Assembly (NCBI GenBank): GCA_951406725.2
Contig: OX597817.1
Location: forward strand, 94,550,001 to 94,614,000
Direction of reading: 5' to 3'
DNA length: 64,000 nucleotides
DNA from: Octopus vulgaris
Taxonomy: Eukaryota
Part shown: positions 26,991 to 41,399 of the stretch, one piece after another
How the letters are laid out: each line of letters opens with the position of its first letter
How positions within the stretch are numbered: the stretch's first letter is position 1
The notes under the pieces: model-generated
Database searches by the model: none
Seen by the model: only the letters and a program-made list of their open reading frames with translations
Told to the model about the DNA's origin: nothing
Position numbers and translations under genes: made by a program

Positions 26991-27319
26991 ATGCATGTGT
27001 ACGAGAGAGAGAGAAAGAGAGGCAGAGAGATAGAGTGAGTGAGTGAATGTATGTGTCGTGATGATGGATGTCTTTTAAAGTACACATTCATATAGAAAAT
27101 GCGACGTCGTCGTATAAAATGTTTACGATAGTTGACTTATGGAAAACATTATAATTTTAATTTTTTGTAATGCAAATATGTCAATCAAAATAAAGTATAA
27201 TTGGTAGCCGAAATAGTACTGAACCTTTTGATACCCCATATGTCAAAATCGGCACCTCTGTTTTGGAATGCTTAAGAAACATACGCACACACATACAAAC
27301 TCTCTTTTAAAGATATAGA
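23800..27319 (-). mobile_element. Autonomous-type Helitron, 5' half (3'-truncated)
   Basis: Candidate A|TC 5' end at 27319, with decayed Rep coding sequence downstream. Confidence 0.65.
23819..25654 (-). pseudogene. Helitron Rep/helicase N-terminal half
   Basis: MPPKRR start; CCSGDKVQIPLLQPPP; GHKIILPASFTGGPRYMHEKTQDAMVYVRNFGSPDLFFTFTSNPKW (Helitron Rep motif). Many stops and frameshifts. Confidence 0.9.
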
Positions 27320-28079
27320 TATATGGACTAAATAACTTTACATTAAGGAGTGGCATGTACTTGTACAAAGCAGACAAAATGGAAAGGGTGTTACCCCGGA
27401 GGATGGTAACGGAAAATACGCAAATATCTGTCGCAGATACTGTTTCTGTCCCTGGTAGATTTAATCTGTTGCCTCGTTTAACACTATCATATCTTTGAAT
27501 ACCGTTACAGACCTACCACTGATGCCTGAAACATAACTATTTCATTAATTCGGAGCAGGTCTCCCGGTTCCGAATAAGTATATGTTGGGTTACTGCAGTA
27601 AACCACATACATGTCTTGCTTTATTTTAAAACTACCACACAACTACCACCATCACCATCACCACCATCATCATCGCTACCATCACCACCACCACAGCAAC
27701 AACAATAATAACAAAAATAACCACAAACAACAAAACAACAACGACAACCATCACAACAAACACATCGGTACTACCACGATAAACTTCACCACCACCTACC
27801 TCGGAAACCAAATAAAAACATAGTTGTCCTTCCTTGTCTGATCTACGATATAAAAAAAAAATCATACGTGACCTGAAATATTAAATATTCAGCATCGTCT
27901 GATACACTTCTTGCTATTACCATCAGAGAAGAATACGTTAATTTTTACAATGTGTCCTTCGTACATCCATCCCGTATGTGCGCGTGCGCGCGTATGTAGG
28001 TAGGTAGGCAGGTAGGTAGGTAGGTAGGTAGGTAGGTAGGTAGGTAGATAGAGAGAGAGACAGACAGACAGAGACAGAC

Positions 28080-28147
<68 letters not shown>

Positions 28148-28307
28148 GTAGGTGTGTCTATGATAGAAACCTGCATACATGCGTACGCACATAGCAATAT
28201 GACCCTAACACACACATACACATACATATGTATGCATGTTCAACACACACACGCACATACATATTTGTGTATGTGTATGTATGTATGTATGTATGTAATT
28301 ATGTAAG

Positions 28308-28342
<35 letters not shown>

Positions 28343-28842
28343 ATAATATAACACGAGAATGGAAGATAAAAGGCTTTAATAGAGATCACATTAGTTTCTG
28401 CACGGCACACCAGCTTTAAGTTGCTAAGTTTATTATCATATACATACCATTATAGAAAAACAGTCTTTATAAATATTATACTGTTGAATGCTGCACCCCG
28501 GCAGCTTTGTGTGGGCGCTTCATCTACAATAGTCTGGGCTCTGTCTACCATCTGTTCCACAACGAGAAAATCACTGGGAAAAAGGCAGTGATGATGACGT
28601 CATATCTCCTATCGATGACTTTTCGCAGTAACAAGGCGAAAGCTTTTTCATCAATGAGATTCAACCATGCAACACCGGTAGAAGAAGAATGTGAACAGGA
28701 AGGGGGACTATGTTGAAAAATACACCTCATTTGGTCACATTTTCGAGAATTCCATTTTTGAATCATTTCGGAATCTTATTTTGTTTTGTTTTGTTTTTCT
28801 AGTTAATTTTAGTTAATTTTTGTTTATTTTCAGATCATTAAA

Positions 28843-29897
28843 ATGGAATGTCAAGTTAAGAAAAACGAGCATTTTCGACACCTTCTTTTTGCTTTTAATC
28901 AAGGTTCTAAGGCTGCAAAAGCTACTCGCGACATTTGTGCTGTGTATGGAGAGGGTGCCATAATTGAAAGAACCGCTGGTGATTGGTATGCCAACTTCAA
29001 AAATGGAAATTTTGACCTCAAAGATGCACTCGTTCTGGCCGTCCAGTTGAGTTCTATGAAGAGCGATTAAACCAACTTTTGCACGAAATTTCTCGTCAAA
29101 CGGCAAGGGAACTGGCAGAGAAAATGGAATGTTCCCACACTGCTATAGAGAAGCATCTTCACTCGATAAGAAAGGTTCAGAAGTATGGAGTATGGGTTCC
29201 GCATGCTTTAAGTGACAACAACAAAAATCAACGAGCCACAATCTCCGCTAGTTTGCTTGCTTGTCACCGCTCAACTCATGAACACAAGCAACGATTTCTT
29301 TCCTGGCGATGAAAAATGGTGCCTGTACATCAATATGAAGCAGCGTAAGGAGTGGCTTAGCCCTGGTAAACAAGCGACACCGCGCGTAAAACAAGATCTT
29401 CATCCGCGTAAAACGATGTTGTGCGTATAGTGAAACTGGAAAGGGATTATTCATTACGAATTGCTTGAACAGAAGCAAACGGTCAACGCGAAACTCTATG
29501 TTCAATAGATGGAACGACTCAACACGGCTCAATAGACCTAATCGGCAGCATGGAGTTCATCTGCTGCGCGACAACGCTCGCCCTCATATCGCCAATATGG
29601 CCAAGGTAGCCATTCAAACGCATGGCTAGGAAGAGCTGTCACACCCGCCGACTCTCCTGATTTGACAACAACGGATTTCCACTTCTTTCGATCTCTTTCA
29701 AATGCTATGCGCGGAGTTTCGTTCAATACTGATGCAGAATTGAGAGCTTGGTTGGATCAATTTTCCGAGTCAAAAATCTTGTTGAACGTTAGGAAGTAGT
29801 TGTAAACATCAAGAGTGAATACATTATTGATTATTTTTTAATTAAACCTTTTAAAAAATTTTAATTTGAAAAAACGGCGGGAACTTAGCTGCCAACC

Positions 29898-29901
<4 letters not shown>
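28843..29901 (+). mobile_element. Mariner transposon, decayed transposase with right TIR
   Basis: N-terminal HTH region, WVPHAL, GDEKW, DNARPH and SPDL..TDFHFFRSL motifs. Right TIR cggcgggaacttagctgccaaccgaa followed by TA. The left TIR was not found; about 28507-28790 looks like another mariner remnant. Confidence 0.9.
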
Positions 29902-29967
<66 letters not shown>

Positions 29968-29969
<2 letters not shown>

Positions 29970-30430
29970 GTCACATATTTCAACTGCTAAAGGCAAATAC
30001 ACTGCAGTTACCACAGAGAAAGAATCTCTCGTGAAAACACCCAGTTCGTTTAGTGTCGCCATTTCTCAGGAATCTCAGGTATTGATGTTTAGAGTTTATT
30101 GACTCGATCTACTAGCGCAAATCAGTCAACGTGTTGACTGAATTATATATAACGCTACAAGCTTTATTTAGTTTGTTCAGGGTTACCTCTCTTAGGTACA
30201 TCTCACTGACAAGTGTCAATAAACTCGAAACATCGATGTCTGAAATTGTCGAGAGATGGCGACACTGAACGAACTGGGTGTTTTCACACCTTTTTAGCAG
30301 AAGAGAGATTCTTTCTCCGCGGTAACTGCAGTGTATTAACCTTTAGCAGTTGAAATATGTGACAAGCATATTTCAACTAACCTAAATTGTGATTATACGT
30401 AAACACCATTTTGCGTCATTACTTCATTAT
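29968..30430 (+). mobile_element. Non-coding PLE-type element with 5' inverted arm
   Basis: 29968-30115 is a diverged inverted copy of about 30213-30365. Flanked by TA repeats. Confidence 0.65.
30200..30246 (+). ncRNA. Decayed hammerhead motif (G8A)
   Basis: ATcTCA-CTGACAA-GtGT caataa ACTC-GAA-ACATCGATGT-C-TGAaAT. The inverted arm preserves stem II as GAGT/ACTC. Confidence 0.6.
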
Positions 30431-30899
30431 ATATATACATATATACGTCTGCACAGGTGCATGCATGCAAAGTGAACACCCGCATTCACACTCATATTTA
30501 TCTTATCTTGTGTTAATTAAAAGTATTATTTAAAAGTATTATTTCGAAACATTGCTTAAACAGTTACGCAGTTCCATGACTTCGATTGTATACAGTTTAT
30601 AACGCCTATAATAATGAAAGCAAGAGCGTGAGCTTGAAGCAGTCATTTTTGCATGTGTCATTCACAAAGGTTTTTAAACGAAAGAGCATCAGGATGAGCG
30701 TTTTCTTCAAACCTTCATTTCATATTTCAAAAAATATTCAGACAGTGAATATTCAAAAGAAAGCTAGGCTTGGTTTACCAGCTGATGATCGGAAACGAAC
30801 AACTCTGAGTGTTGGTAATTGGAGCCTTTCTGTTATCACGTATCAACACTTGTACTGAGTCCAGTAATTTAATCGCTATTGGTAAATCAATAGAGATTG

Positions 30900-30975
<76 letters not shown>

Positions 30976-32378
30976 AATATAGATATCTTAAACAAATATG
31001 AGCCAAGAGAGATGACTCAGAAGGATACTTAGCTTGTATATAAACAGCATATTCAAATATATCAAATACTATACAATATAAATTCTTGTTACATTTTAAT
31101 TATCCCTGCCTCAAGTACATGTGTCATGATTATCAAATAGCAAGACCAGCTCCGTATGAGAAAGAGAGATAATCTCCAGAATCAAGGCTTATTGTCAGAG
31201 ATAAGAGAACAGTAGTTGATATGTGTTTCTGCCTCAATAGGCGTTATTAGCACGACAATTATTTTTATCTCCTGCAACCAAATGACAAAGTCATAGACCA
31301 AAAGAGTAGAACAGATTTATAACCCAGATAATTTGTTTAAATTAAGTAATTATGAGGTGAGAGAAATAATTATTTTTGCTTATACAAACACACACACATT
31401 CGCTAAAACTTCCAGAGACACGCGCATGACAAGATAAACAGAATTTGCAGATTCATCTATTGTGTAACTAAATAAGTATATGCATGAATGCTAAAGTATG
31501 TGGATGTAAATACATTTGCTTATGTATGTTTTTATAAATGTGAGGGGAGTGTATGAATATGTACATTTATATAATGTATATATAACGGCGTGTGTATACA
31601 CATATACATATGTGTGTGTGTGCGTCTATGTGTAGATGTATGTGTACGTAAATTTAGACATAATTGACTAAATGCTACTATTTCTCTACATATAAGAAAT
31701 TACATAATACTGTTATGAAATGACGCGTTTTGTTCTTTTTGAAAGCAATTTCGAAACATTCGTAAATACAATGCGTAAATATGGACGGAAACACATGCAC
31801 ATACAACCTCATGCGCACGACTTATGTACTGTCTGATTGTTAATAACTGTACAATAGACATTGATACTCGTACATAGGCATATTAATGAATACAAATCAC
31901 ACCCACATACACACACATATATATATATATATATTAATACATATATATGTACATTTGTGAACAGATACACAAATATATAGGCATACATCTATGTATTTTC
32001 ATTAAACACCATTTAACAAAAACAAGGCGATATAATGGATTACTGGACAATAAAATCACAGGCTAATGACATAACTTGTAATACAAAAGTTTTATGTGTG
32101 CACGTGTGTATGTTTGAGTACATATGTGAATACACATATATACGTGTGCGTATATATTCTTTTGTTCTTTTAATTGTTTCAGTCATTTGACTGTGGCCAT
32201 TCTGGAGCACTGCCTTTTAGTCGAAGTCTAAAGTCTTTATAAGTCTGGTGCTTACTCTATCGGTCTCTTCTGCCGAACCGCTAAGTTACGGGGACGTAAA
32301 CACACCAACATCAGTTGTCAATTGATGGGGAGTGAGGACAAACACAGACACAAGCACACACATAAATAAATATATACT

Positions 32379-32848
32379 CTCAGAATTACAACTATTAGTG
32401 GTTTGGAGTTTAGCTGCTCTTTCTAGTGAGTCGGATGTTCTATTATAGCCATCCCTTATATGTTTGAATGTATATTATATAGTCTATTGACTATTTTTTT
32501 TCTTTCTCACTTGACCGCTGGTAGCGGAGAATTTTTCTAAAATTTTTTGCTACCCTAAAATTTATTAATTAATGATTTTTTTGGCTAATTTTGAAATTAA
32601 ATCGGCAGTTCATTTACTGCTGAGTAAACCGCGTGAATGCGGTGGATTTTGAAAATTTATAGCATATAGACTCGAGGCATGCTCGTTATCGCCTTGGCTT
32701 TTCTGATGATGAGTGCAACGCCAGTGGTAAATAAATTTTATTTTATTTTATTTATTTACATAAGATTGCCGAAACTATGCATAGTCCAGAAAGGAAAGGG
32801 TAAACGTTTTTATTTCTCTTTCCATTTCAGAATTACAACTATTATTAA
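32379..32848 (+). mobile_element. Retrozyme-like non-coding element (copy C), ~448-nt unit
   Basis: tcagaattacaactatta occurs at both ends (32380 and 32828). Hammerhead motif at 32699-32793: TTTCTG-aTGATGA..GAA-ACTATGCATAGT-C-CAGAAA (C3A). Confidence 0.7.
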
Positions 32849-33008
32849 ATAAATATATACATATATTCGACGGGCTTCTTTCAGTTGCCGTCAACCAAAT
32901 CTACTCACGACGCTTTGGTCGGCCTGAGGCTATTGTAGAAGACACTTGCCCAAGGTGCCACACTGTGAGAGTGAACCCGGAATAATGTGGCTGGGAAGCA
33001 AGCTTCTT

Positions 33009-35037
33009 TTTTTCAAGATATTGCCATAAAAGCATTACACAGAGGGAGAAGCTTGCGGGCTGGACAAAGACATTGATTAGATGAGTGATGAAAAGGATGG
33101 CATTAATGGGGGAAGACAAAAGAGCCCACAAATCTTGCTTCTCTAAAACATTGCTCTTTTTTCGTTTTTTGAAAAACAAAAAACACAAATGAGGTAATGA
33201 ACTTCTAACAGTAACATTAGATTTCATAATATTAACATAAACATTAAATTGAGGCGCTAAGCCCCTTATCAATCATCCCCGATTAAATCTCTTGCTTCCT
33301 GCAGGCAATCACGCAGCAGCAACTATGGGACCCAGAAGAGATAATTGTACTCTTCCTTAGAAAAGGAACCGATTATCTTATAAAATTTAATTTCTTCTAT
33401 GACCTCGCAGCCACCTGCGGAGGCCAGTACGGATTATCCATGCAGGTCGGGACCACCAGTTCCCGACCTTCAAAACTATCCACAAAGTTCTCTACGGTCC
33501 CTTCCTTGAGATAGAAGACCACATATTCTTCATTATTTTCACTGGGAGTGACGACAGCCTCCTCCGCCAGTGGCACAATTCCCACCGACGAAGTTTCGAG
33601 ACATGCCGGCAGAGCATTGCAAACCGCCAGCACCCTCACATTCTTTTTTTTCTTCTTTTTTATCTTTGGCACGGGAGGGGTTGGCTCCTTCGCCTGCACC
33701 GAAGGAACATCGCCACCTCCCGCAACTCCCGGATCCATTGTTGCTCCCCTTCTTCCTTTTTCTCCCCTTTTTTCCGGGGGAGATCTCTCCCTCATCACCT
33801 ACTTCCTTCTCTCCTTCCAGAGGAGGATGGGAGCTCTTCTACTCTGATCCGGGGGCAGTTCTTTTTAATGTGGCCAGGCTCCAGGCACCGATGACAACTG
33901 GGTGGGTGGGGGCGACCCTCAAAAATCACCAGGGACCTGCACCCGGCCATTTTCAAAAAATCTGGAAAAACCAGATTGGTTGATTGGAGCCACAGGGTCA
34001 GAACAACCCAATCAGCCGCAGGAAAATTTTTCACATTAAGGAGCTTGGCTCTGCTACCGCCCAGAGCCCGGCGGATAGTCTTCTCTATCCACTCGGGTTT
34101 TATTCTGGGTGGCAACCCGCAGACCCAAACTCTTATCAACCTCTTCCCACAATACGTGGGAAGAAACAAAATTTCTTTGCCCTCTAAGAGCTGGCTCGCA
34201 AATTTGACCCCACTGAAAATGAATTTAATAGTTGGCAGATACTCTGCCAACTCCTTTTCTGTCACAATCTTTTCAAATAGGGCGATGGTGTCGAGCGACC
34301 CTCTCTTCAAGGTCTTTCAACCACTGTTTAGGTGGTATCATTTCCCACTCCAAAACATTGTCTTTTTTCATTGCTATGTTTTTTTGTAATAAAAGTTTGA
34401 AAATAGTTCAAAATAAAACTAAAAAAAAGAAAGAAGAAATAAATCAAAAGAAAGTCAAAATAAAATGGAAGGAAGAAAAAGAAAACAATTCACGAAAAAA
34501 GAAAGTCACAAAAAAGTTAGAAGGAAAAAAAACAGTCACCAGTTCAAAAACACAGTAAGCAAAAAAAATCCAGGAACGCCACAACTGGAACACGACTTCC
34601 ACAAAAATTGGTAAACAAGTTGTTCAATCTTCCGAGGTGAGACACTCCCCAAAACAACAATTCTCGCAATAATTTTAACAAATAACTATTCACTAAAAGT
34701 GAACAAATTTTTGGGAGGCGCGATACGCCCCCAAACAACAATTCTCACAATTAGGTGAAAAAAACTATTCACTTAACGTGAACAAATTTTGCCCTACTGC
34801 AGGCAGACTAGATTTCAGAATCCAGTGAGGACTACTTGCTTGTACAAAAATAATTACCGCAAACAACAAACCCCCACTGGACCCCAAAAAAAAACAAAAG
34901 TCCTACCTTACAATTGAGCTCCTTCTTTCATCAATTTTTCACCAGCTTCTTTCAGTGATACGCACAACACTGACAACAACGCATGCGCACACTGACAACA
35001 ACGCATGCTCACACTGACAACAACTCATGCGCAGTGT
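33009..35037 (-). mobile_element. ORF1-only (half-L1/HAL1-like) Tx1/L1-type element with TSD
   Basis: 14-bp TSD gaagcaagcttctt at 32995-33008 and 35038-35051, short A tail, and 5' tandem 22-mers (cactgacaacaacgcatg). Frameshifted ORF1 at about 33300-34371 with zinc knuckle CHRCLEPGHIKKNC. No RT or endonuclease. Confidence 0.75.
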
Positions 35038-36181
35038 GAAGCAAGCTTCTTACCACACAGCTACACCTGCTTCTATATGTGTGTGTGTGTGAGAGAGAGA
35101 GAGAGAAATGAAATGGAGAAATTCCCTTTTCCTCATATAAGAATATTTATATACACATATCCATCTATGTGAAACTAATATTTTTGGTTTTTCACTGAAG
35201 CACTGGATATAACAACCAGGGAACTTGGATGGTAACATCCCTTTAAGAGCATTTGATATTCGTGATGTAATTACACACACACACACAAACGTATATATTT
35301 CGTTTGGGGATTTGGTTTTTAAGATTCTTTATGTGAGTTTGTGTGTTGAAGCATATTCTGTTGTGTCTGGGGTGAGTCATTTTCTTTTTGTGCCTTATAA
35401 TTTAACACTCACCGGTAAAATTTCCACTTATCTCATTTCTATTTTCCTAAAATTTCCGTTGCCGCTTGTAACCTTTTCAATAGTCTTGAGTGTATCCGTT
35501 ATTTACACTGCGTTCCTTTTTGTTAGTTTGTGCGCATGTGTGTGGGTCTGTGTGTGTGTGACTATGCATGCATGTATGTATGTATGTATGTATGTATGTA
35601 TGCATGCATGTATGTATGTATATATGTATGCATGCATGTGTATGTACGTATATATGTGTGTATGCATTTGTACATATGTATGCGTGCATCTGTATGCATC
35701 TTCTAATCGTTTCGCAGAAGTGTTGTCCCTATAATGAAATCCTATATTGATAAGCATTTACAGACAACTCTTCTGCTCCTCAGAGGTATAAAATGTTAAA
35801 TGTGTATAATTTATCGAATGGTAGTTTTTAAAAAATATGAAGTAATATTGGAAAATGGTGTTTGTTTGAAATATAAATTAAAAATTACAGCTTTTGATTT
35901 TGCTAAGTACACTTTAGTATGAGAGTCTTGAAATCCATATATGCCTCCTTGGTAAGTTTTCTGCATTAATCCATTATAATTATGTATAAAATCCATTATA
36001 TTGTCCTGTATTCCAAATATAGTTCTTAGACTGAGATAATATAAAATAATGGAATCCTATATATATATAAGCATTTATAAATAACTCTTCTGCTCCTCAG
36101 ACATATAAAATGGGAAATATGAAGTAATATGGGAAACTGGTGTTTGTTTGAAATCTGTATATCTATAAAAGGCAAGGCAGG

Positions 36182-36258
<77 letters not shown>

Positions 36259-36549
36259 TGAATATAGTTTATGCACGTCCACAAATTAGCACGCGTATCT
36301 CTCCAATTTTAGGAGGACATTCGTCACGGCCCTAGCTGAGTTTTGTCAACTTATTTTTCCCGAGACATACTCGGATGGCGGTAAAAATCGATTTTCATCC
36401 ATAACTTTTACCAGTTTCCACGTCGGGGAAATCCGTTGTCTGCAATGGCGACTATTATACAGAATAACAAAGATAAACAATTTCGCTTTTGAATTTGACT
36501 TGCAAGATTCTTTATATGAATTCGTGTGGTCTGAAATAAATATATATGT

Positions 36550-36656
<107 letters not shown>

Positions 36657-37170
36657 AGAGTTTTAATTATACAGAAAAACAAAGATGAACCGCTCTGAAA
36701 GAAATGTATATACAGTATACATATAGTATATGTATATATTTAATTTTTCTAAATATTTCATTTTAAATGAAATTTTGAATGTTAGATAATTAATGTTAGT
36801 TTATTCGATGAGAAAACAAAAACGTAATGACGATGTAATCAGCAACCAGCACATTTTGTTTCTTAGTTTCTGTTTGTGTTAATATTTAAATTCTTTATTT
36901 GACTGGTATTTTCAGCCACAACATTCTTATTTATTTCTGTTTATGAAATTTTCTGTACGTACTTTTGCTGTACGTACTTTTGCAAATCGATGACTTCGTG
37001 CTGTGGCCGTTTTACTTCCTATGTGATTTAAAGCATTTTTTGATATGTGGCATTTCAACATTAGAAACGAGTTCCGCGCATGCTATTCAAGTTCGCTGAA
37101 TATTATCTCCTGCCACTGAAAACAACAACTCGAACAGGATAAAGAGTACCCGCATCAACAACAGCAAGTA

Positions 37171-37224
<54 letters not shown>

Positions 37225-37239
37225 CATTCAATATATCCT

Positions 37240-37550
37240 ATTAAGAAAATTTAAAGAGTACACACTTTATCCGCCTAAACAGTGCAACGGGATCTGCTTG
37301 GTAGTCAAGTCCCTGATGCCTCACTTTATTGTTACGGGGTACAGGAGGGGGGAAAATGTTTTCATTTCAAGGATACACCTTTATCTCTCGTGGTCAGACA
37401 TGCCGTTTAACATCCGCAGATCGCTATGTCCATCAACAAATCCCAAGGCCGGACATTATCGGTGGCGGGAATCCATTTGGGAGTGCCGTGCTTTTCACAT
37501 GGGCAACTTTATGTGGTCTTCTCCCGTGTGGGGAGTAGAAACGCTCTTTT
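37240..37550 (+). pseudogene. Helitron PIF1-like helicase C-terminal fragment
   Basis: PPKQCNGICLVVK..GENVFISRI; [36 protein letters not shown]. Confidence 0.9.
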
Positions 37551-38574
37551 GATGTCTATAGCGAAGTTTTATAGACGTAGAAAGAACAAGTCATCACTGC
37601 AGCCGATATGGTTATAAACAGGTGATCCGGAAGCATTGGCCGGACATATTCTCAGATAATGGCAGCATGACTCATGGACTCTTCCTCTTCTTTATTGGAC
37701 AATGCTGACTTCTCCGACAACAATGCTCACTCGGCCGATATCAGTGCTTGGCCAAGATGCTCACAGAGTCAGGCTAGAAGGGCCTTATTTTTTTGTTAAA
37801 GCTGTTAGTAACTTTGCCTGAGTTACTCCACTCCGTATCCCCAATGCAAAACTTCGAATCAACCTTCTCCAATGCAGATCTCTAATGTAACCTTATCCAA
37901 TACAGACCTTCGATGCAACCTTCTCCAGTGCAGATCTTTGACGTAACCTTCTCTAATACATATTTTCGATGCAGCCTTGATTGATAGTACCCCTAGGACG
38001 GGTTAGGACTAGATCGGGATTAGACGCTGCCTTTTAGAGGCACCCGGGCCCTCTTTCGTGAGGTTAGCTTAGGCTTAGGTTAAGGCTTAGTTGTGATCCG
38101 AACATAACTTTTCCTGATACAGAGGATCAGGAACCCTTTTGGGCATTCTATTTTCCTTGCCGGAAGGGCTCCCAACCCATGGTCCAAGGAGGGTCAGATG
38201 ATGGGGTGGGGTTCGAAAGGGCCGGCATGTGCAACCTAATCACCTCTGCTGGTCAAACTCCCAACCCATGCGTTACCGTCGTGACAATGATTCTGCAGAA
38301 CTGGGTTGGGTATGAAAACCAACTTTAAAGTATAAATATAGATTTTTTGAATCAGCAATGTTGCGTTCGGTTAAGACCTATTTGGGGTGAAAAATCAATA
38401 AACTGATTCCTTATGGGGTTTTCCATTCAATCAGGATGAAAAATCGATAAACCGATTCCTTATAGGATTTCCCACTAAAATTAGCTACAGTTTTGACGTA
38501 TTTTGTTCAAATTTGATGCCGGCGTTACTTAGAACGCATGGGATCTTTGAATGCTTTAAATTCTCCCCAAAAAA

Positions 38575-39390
38575 ATCTGTGTGCGAACTGCCATGCTTCA
38601 CGGCAGTGAAACACGGGCCATGTCTACGGAGGACATACGTAGGCTCGAAAGAAACGAAGCTAGCATGATCCGCTAGATGTGTAATGTCAGTGTGCACACA
38701 CGACAGAGCGTTAGCGCCCCGCCCTGAGAGAAATGTTGGACATAAGAAGCATCGGATGAGACGTGCAAGAAAGACGTTTCCGCTGGTATGGCCATGTACT
38801 ACGGATGGATGAGGAGAGCTGTGTGAAGAAGTGCTACTCCAAAACAGTTGAAGAAATCCGCGGTAGATGTAGACCCAGGAAGACATTGGATGAGGTAGTC
38901 AAGCATGACCTTCGAACACTGGGCCTCACAGATTCAATGACAAAAAACCGAGACCTCTGGAGGTATGCTGTGACTGCGAAGACCCGGCAAATAAAGTTAG
39001 TTCACGGCTGTATCCTACACCAGTTTCTCATAACCAGCCCCAACTCATTCAAAAGTACCCTGGAACGTAGGGCGACCTGCTGTGCTTGAGGAGACCTATT
39101 GAGTCAAGTACATCAACATCAAAATGAAAATCAAATGGAAATTGTAGTTGTGATACCCGTTCCGATAGCACGTAAAAAGCACCATCCGAACGTGGCCGAT
39201 GCCAGCGCCGACTTGACTAGCTTCCGTGCCGAAGGCACGTAAAAAGCACCAACCGATTGTGGCTGTTGCAAGCCTTCTCTGACCCCTGTGCTCGTGGCAT
39301 GTAAAAAGCCCCCACTACACTCACGGAATGGTTGGCGTTAGGAAGGGCATCCAGCTGTAGAAACACTACTACATCAGACTGATGTCTGGT
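38575..39390 (+). mobile_element. RTE-clade LINE 3' end nested in the Helitron
   Basis: RRFRWYGHVLRMDEE..RGRCRPRKTLDEVVKHDL..NRDLWR. The 3' UTR has three cacgtaaaaagcacc-type repeats. Confidence 0.8.
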
Positions 39391-39722
39391 GGTGGTGGTG
39401 GTGGTGGTGGTGGTGAGAGGAAAAATTGATAAAATGATTCCTTATGGATTTCTCAATCAAATTGTCTCCAGCCAATTTTCAGCCAAACGTTTATCAATTT
39501 CAACAGATTTCGCTCAAATTTGACGTCGTTGTTACTTAGTTTGGTTTGAAACAAAGTTCTTGATTAGCTTAATAATCCTAACATAATCCCGGGCAACGCC
39601 GTGCTATACTGCTAGTATAAATTAAAAATTACTGCTTTTGATTTTGGTAAGTACACTTTAGTATGAGAATCTTGAAATCCATATATGTCTCTTGGTAAGT
39701 CTTCTGTAGTAACCCATAACAA

Positions 39723-40090
39723 TCTCTATATTATAATTCTGAAATGCAAAAAGTTTGTTTGTCTGGTTTTGTGCATTAGAACGGGTTAAAGGCCACTAGA
39801 TCCCATCGGATTGACTCCAAAATTTACAGGGTCATGTAAAATGAGGTGATGATGCGAGTGGCTAGGTTAGAAATCCCTATCTTAAAAGGTGTCGTTACTA
39901 GGGCAAAAAACGCACACTTTGACAAGTCTCCTCTCATTCTCTTATCTGCATGTTTTCCTCCGTCTCTCTCTCTCTCTCTCTCTGTTTTCTCCCTTCCCAT
40001 CACTTTCTCTCTATAACGACGTTTGATAGATACTACTATCTTTCCCCCGCTGCCTTCGCCAGCGCTGTCCCTCTTTACCCCATCGCCTCC

Positions 40091-40138
<48 letters not shown>

Positions 40139-40362
40139 GTCTGTCTGCATTCATAGAGAGATTTATTATCGCCACCACCACCACCACCACACAATCATGA
40201 GAACAAATATTAGGAATCAGATATTTATTGGGTTAATCTATATATGTGTGTGTGTGTGTGTTCTATATATAAATATGTATATATAATGTATATATGCAAA
40301 GTGTATATATATATAATTTGTATACATTTGTATATATAATGCGTACACACACACACACACCT

Positions 40363-40450
<88 letters not shown>

Positions 40451-41298
40451 TTATGTTAAAAGTGCTGGCGAGTTTGCATGGCAACTATTTTTTTCCTCAA
40501 ATGAAAGGCGTGATCTCTAGGACAAAATTCCTCATCTTATAAAATGTGACCCCAGTAGACCTGAATGAAATCGGTTAACCAAAATGTGAAAAGGGGTCTA
40601 AATGGGGCTGGAAGGGGATTAAAATTTACAGGAGCGGGTGTTTAGGAATTCTCTGTTACATCAAGCTGAAAAATTTGCGCCAGGCTTTAAATCGTCAATG
40701 TGTTGCCGTTCATCATGAAGAAGTTTTGAATGCTTGCATTGGTGAGTCGACTGTCCGGAGAAAGAATCACTTCAAAACTTGGTGTTTAGGAATTTTCTTT
40801 TACATCAAGTTCAAAATTTTACGCCAGCCGTTGAACTACCACTACGTTACTGTCCGTCGTTAAGAAATGCCAGCCATGGTGACTCTACTATCCTCAGATT
40901 CTATCCCTTCAAACTTTGGTTTCCAATATTTTTCTATTTTTATTCAGCTCTTAAGTTCGTCTGTCCCTTTTAAGCGTTAGTCTTTTGCTGTCTGCCTTGA
41001 AGCAGACCTTTCCGTTGTCACTGCCTGATATGTATGATTGATCTTTGAAAATATTTTCTTTCTCAACTTACTCAAGATCTTTTGTTGTTTATAAATTGGA
41101 GAGATAGATAGATAAAGATAGAGAGTAAGAGAAAGCGAGGGAGAGTCCGAGAGAAAGGAAGCGTAAGAGAGTGGGAAAGTAGGAGAGAAAGGAAAGAGAA
41201 ACAAAGAGGGAGAAAGTGGTGATAAAAAACAGAAAGGAAGCAACAGAAAGTAACAACCACACTCTTACCCGCGCGTAGAGCGGGTCACCTTAAGCTAG
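39723..41298 (+). mobile_element. Non-autonomous Helitron, second family
   Basis: A|TC start and cccgcgcgtagagcggg hairpin, then CTAG|T. The empty site is visible in the paralogous unit at about 35980. Confidence 0.85.
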
Positions 41299-41399
41299 TT
41301 ATGTATAAAATCCATTATATTGTCCTGTATTCTAATTATAGTTCATAGACTTAGATAATATAAAATAAAAATATATGTGAAATATGTGAAATTATAATT

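Larger units (their letters stand above)
32160..35072 (-). mobile_element. tRNA-derived SINE carrying two nested insertions
   Basis: SINE body at 32160-33008 and the rest of the head at 35038-35072. Inserts at 32379-32848 and 33009-35037. Confidence 0.8.

Noticed and set aside
27611-27823. Poly-His/Asn ORF
   Set aside because: Degenerate (CAC/CAT/CAA)n repeat with no splice or homology support.
28843-29830. Possible SETMAR-like host gene
   Set aside because: Only a mariner transposase with stops, frameshifts and a TIR; no SET domain.
39168-39315. Three spaced cacgtaaaaagcacc repeats, superficially CRISPR-like
   Set aside because: Eukaryotic context, related spacers and no cas genes; part of an RTE 3' UTR.
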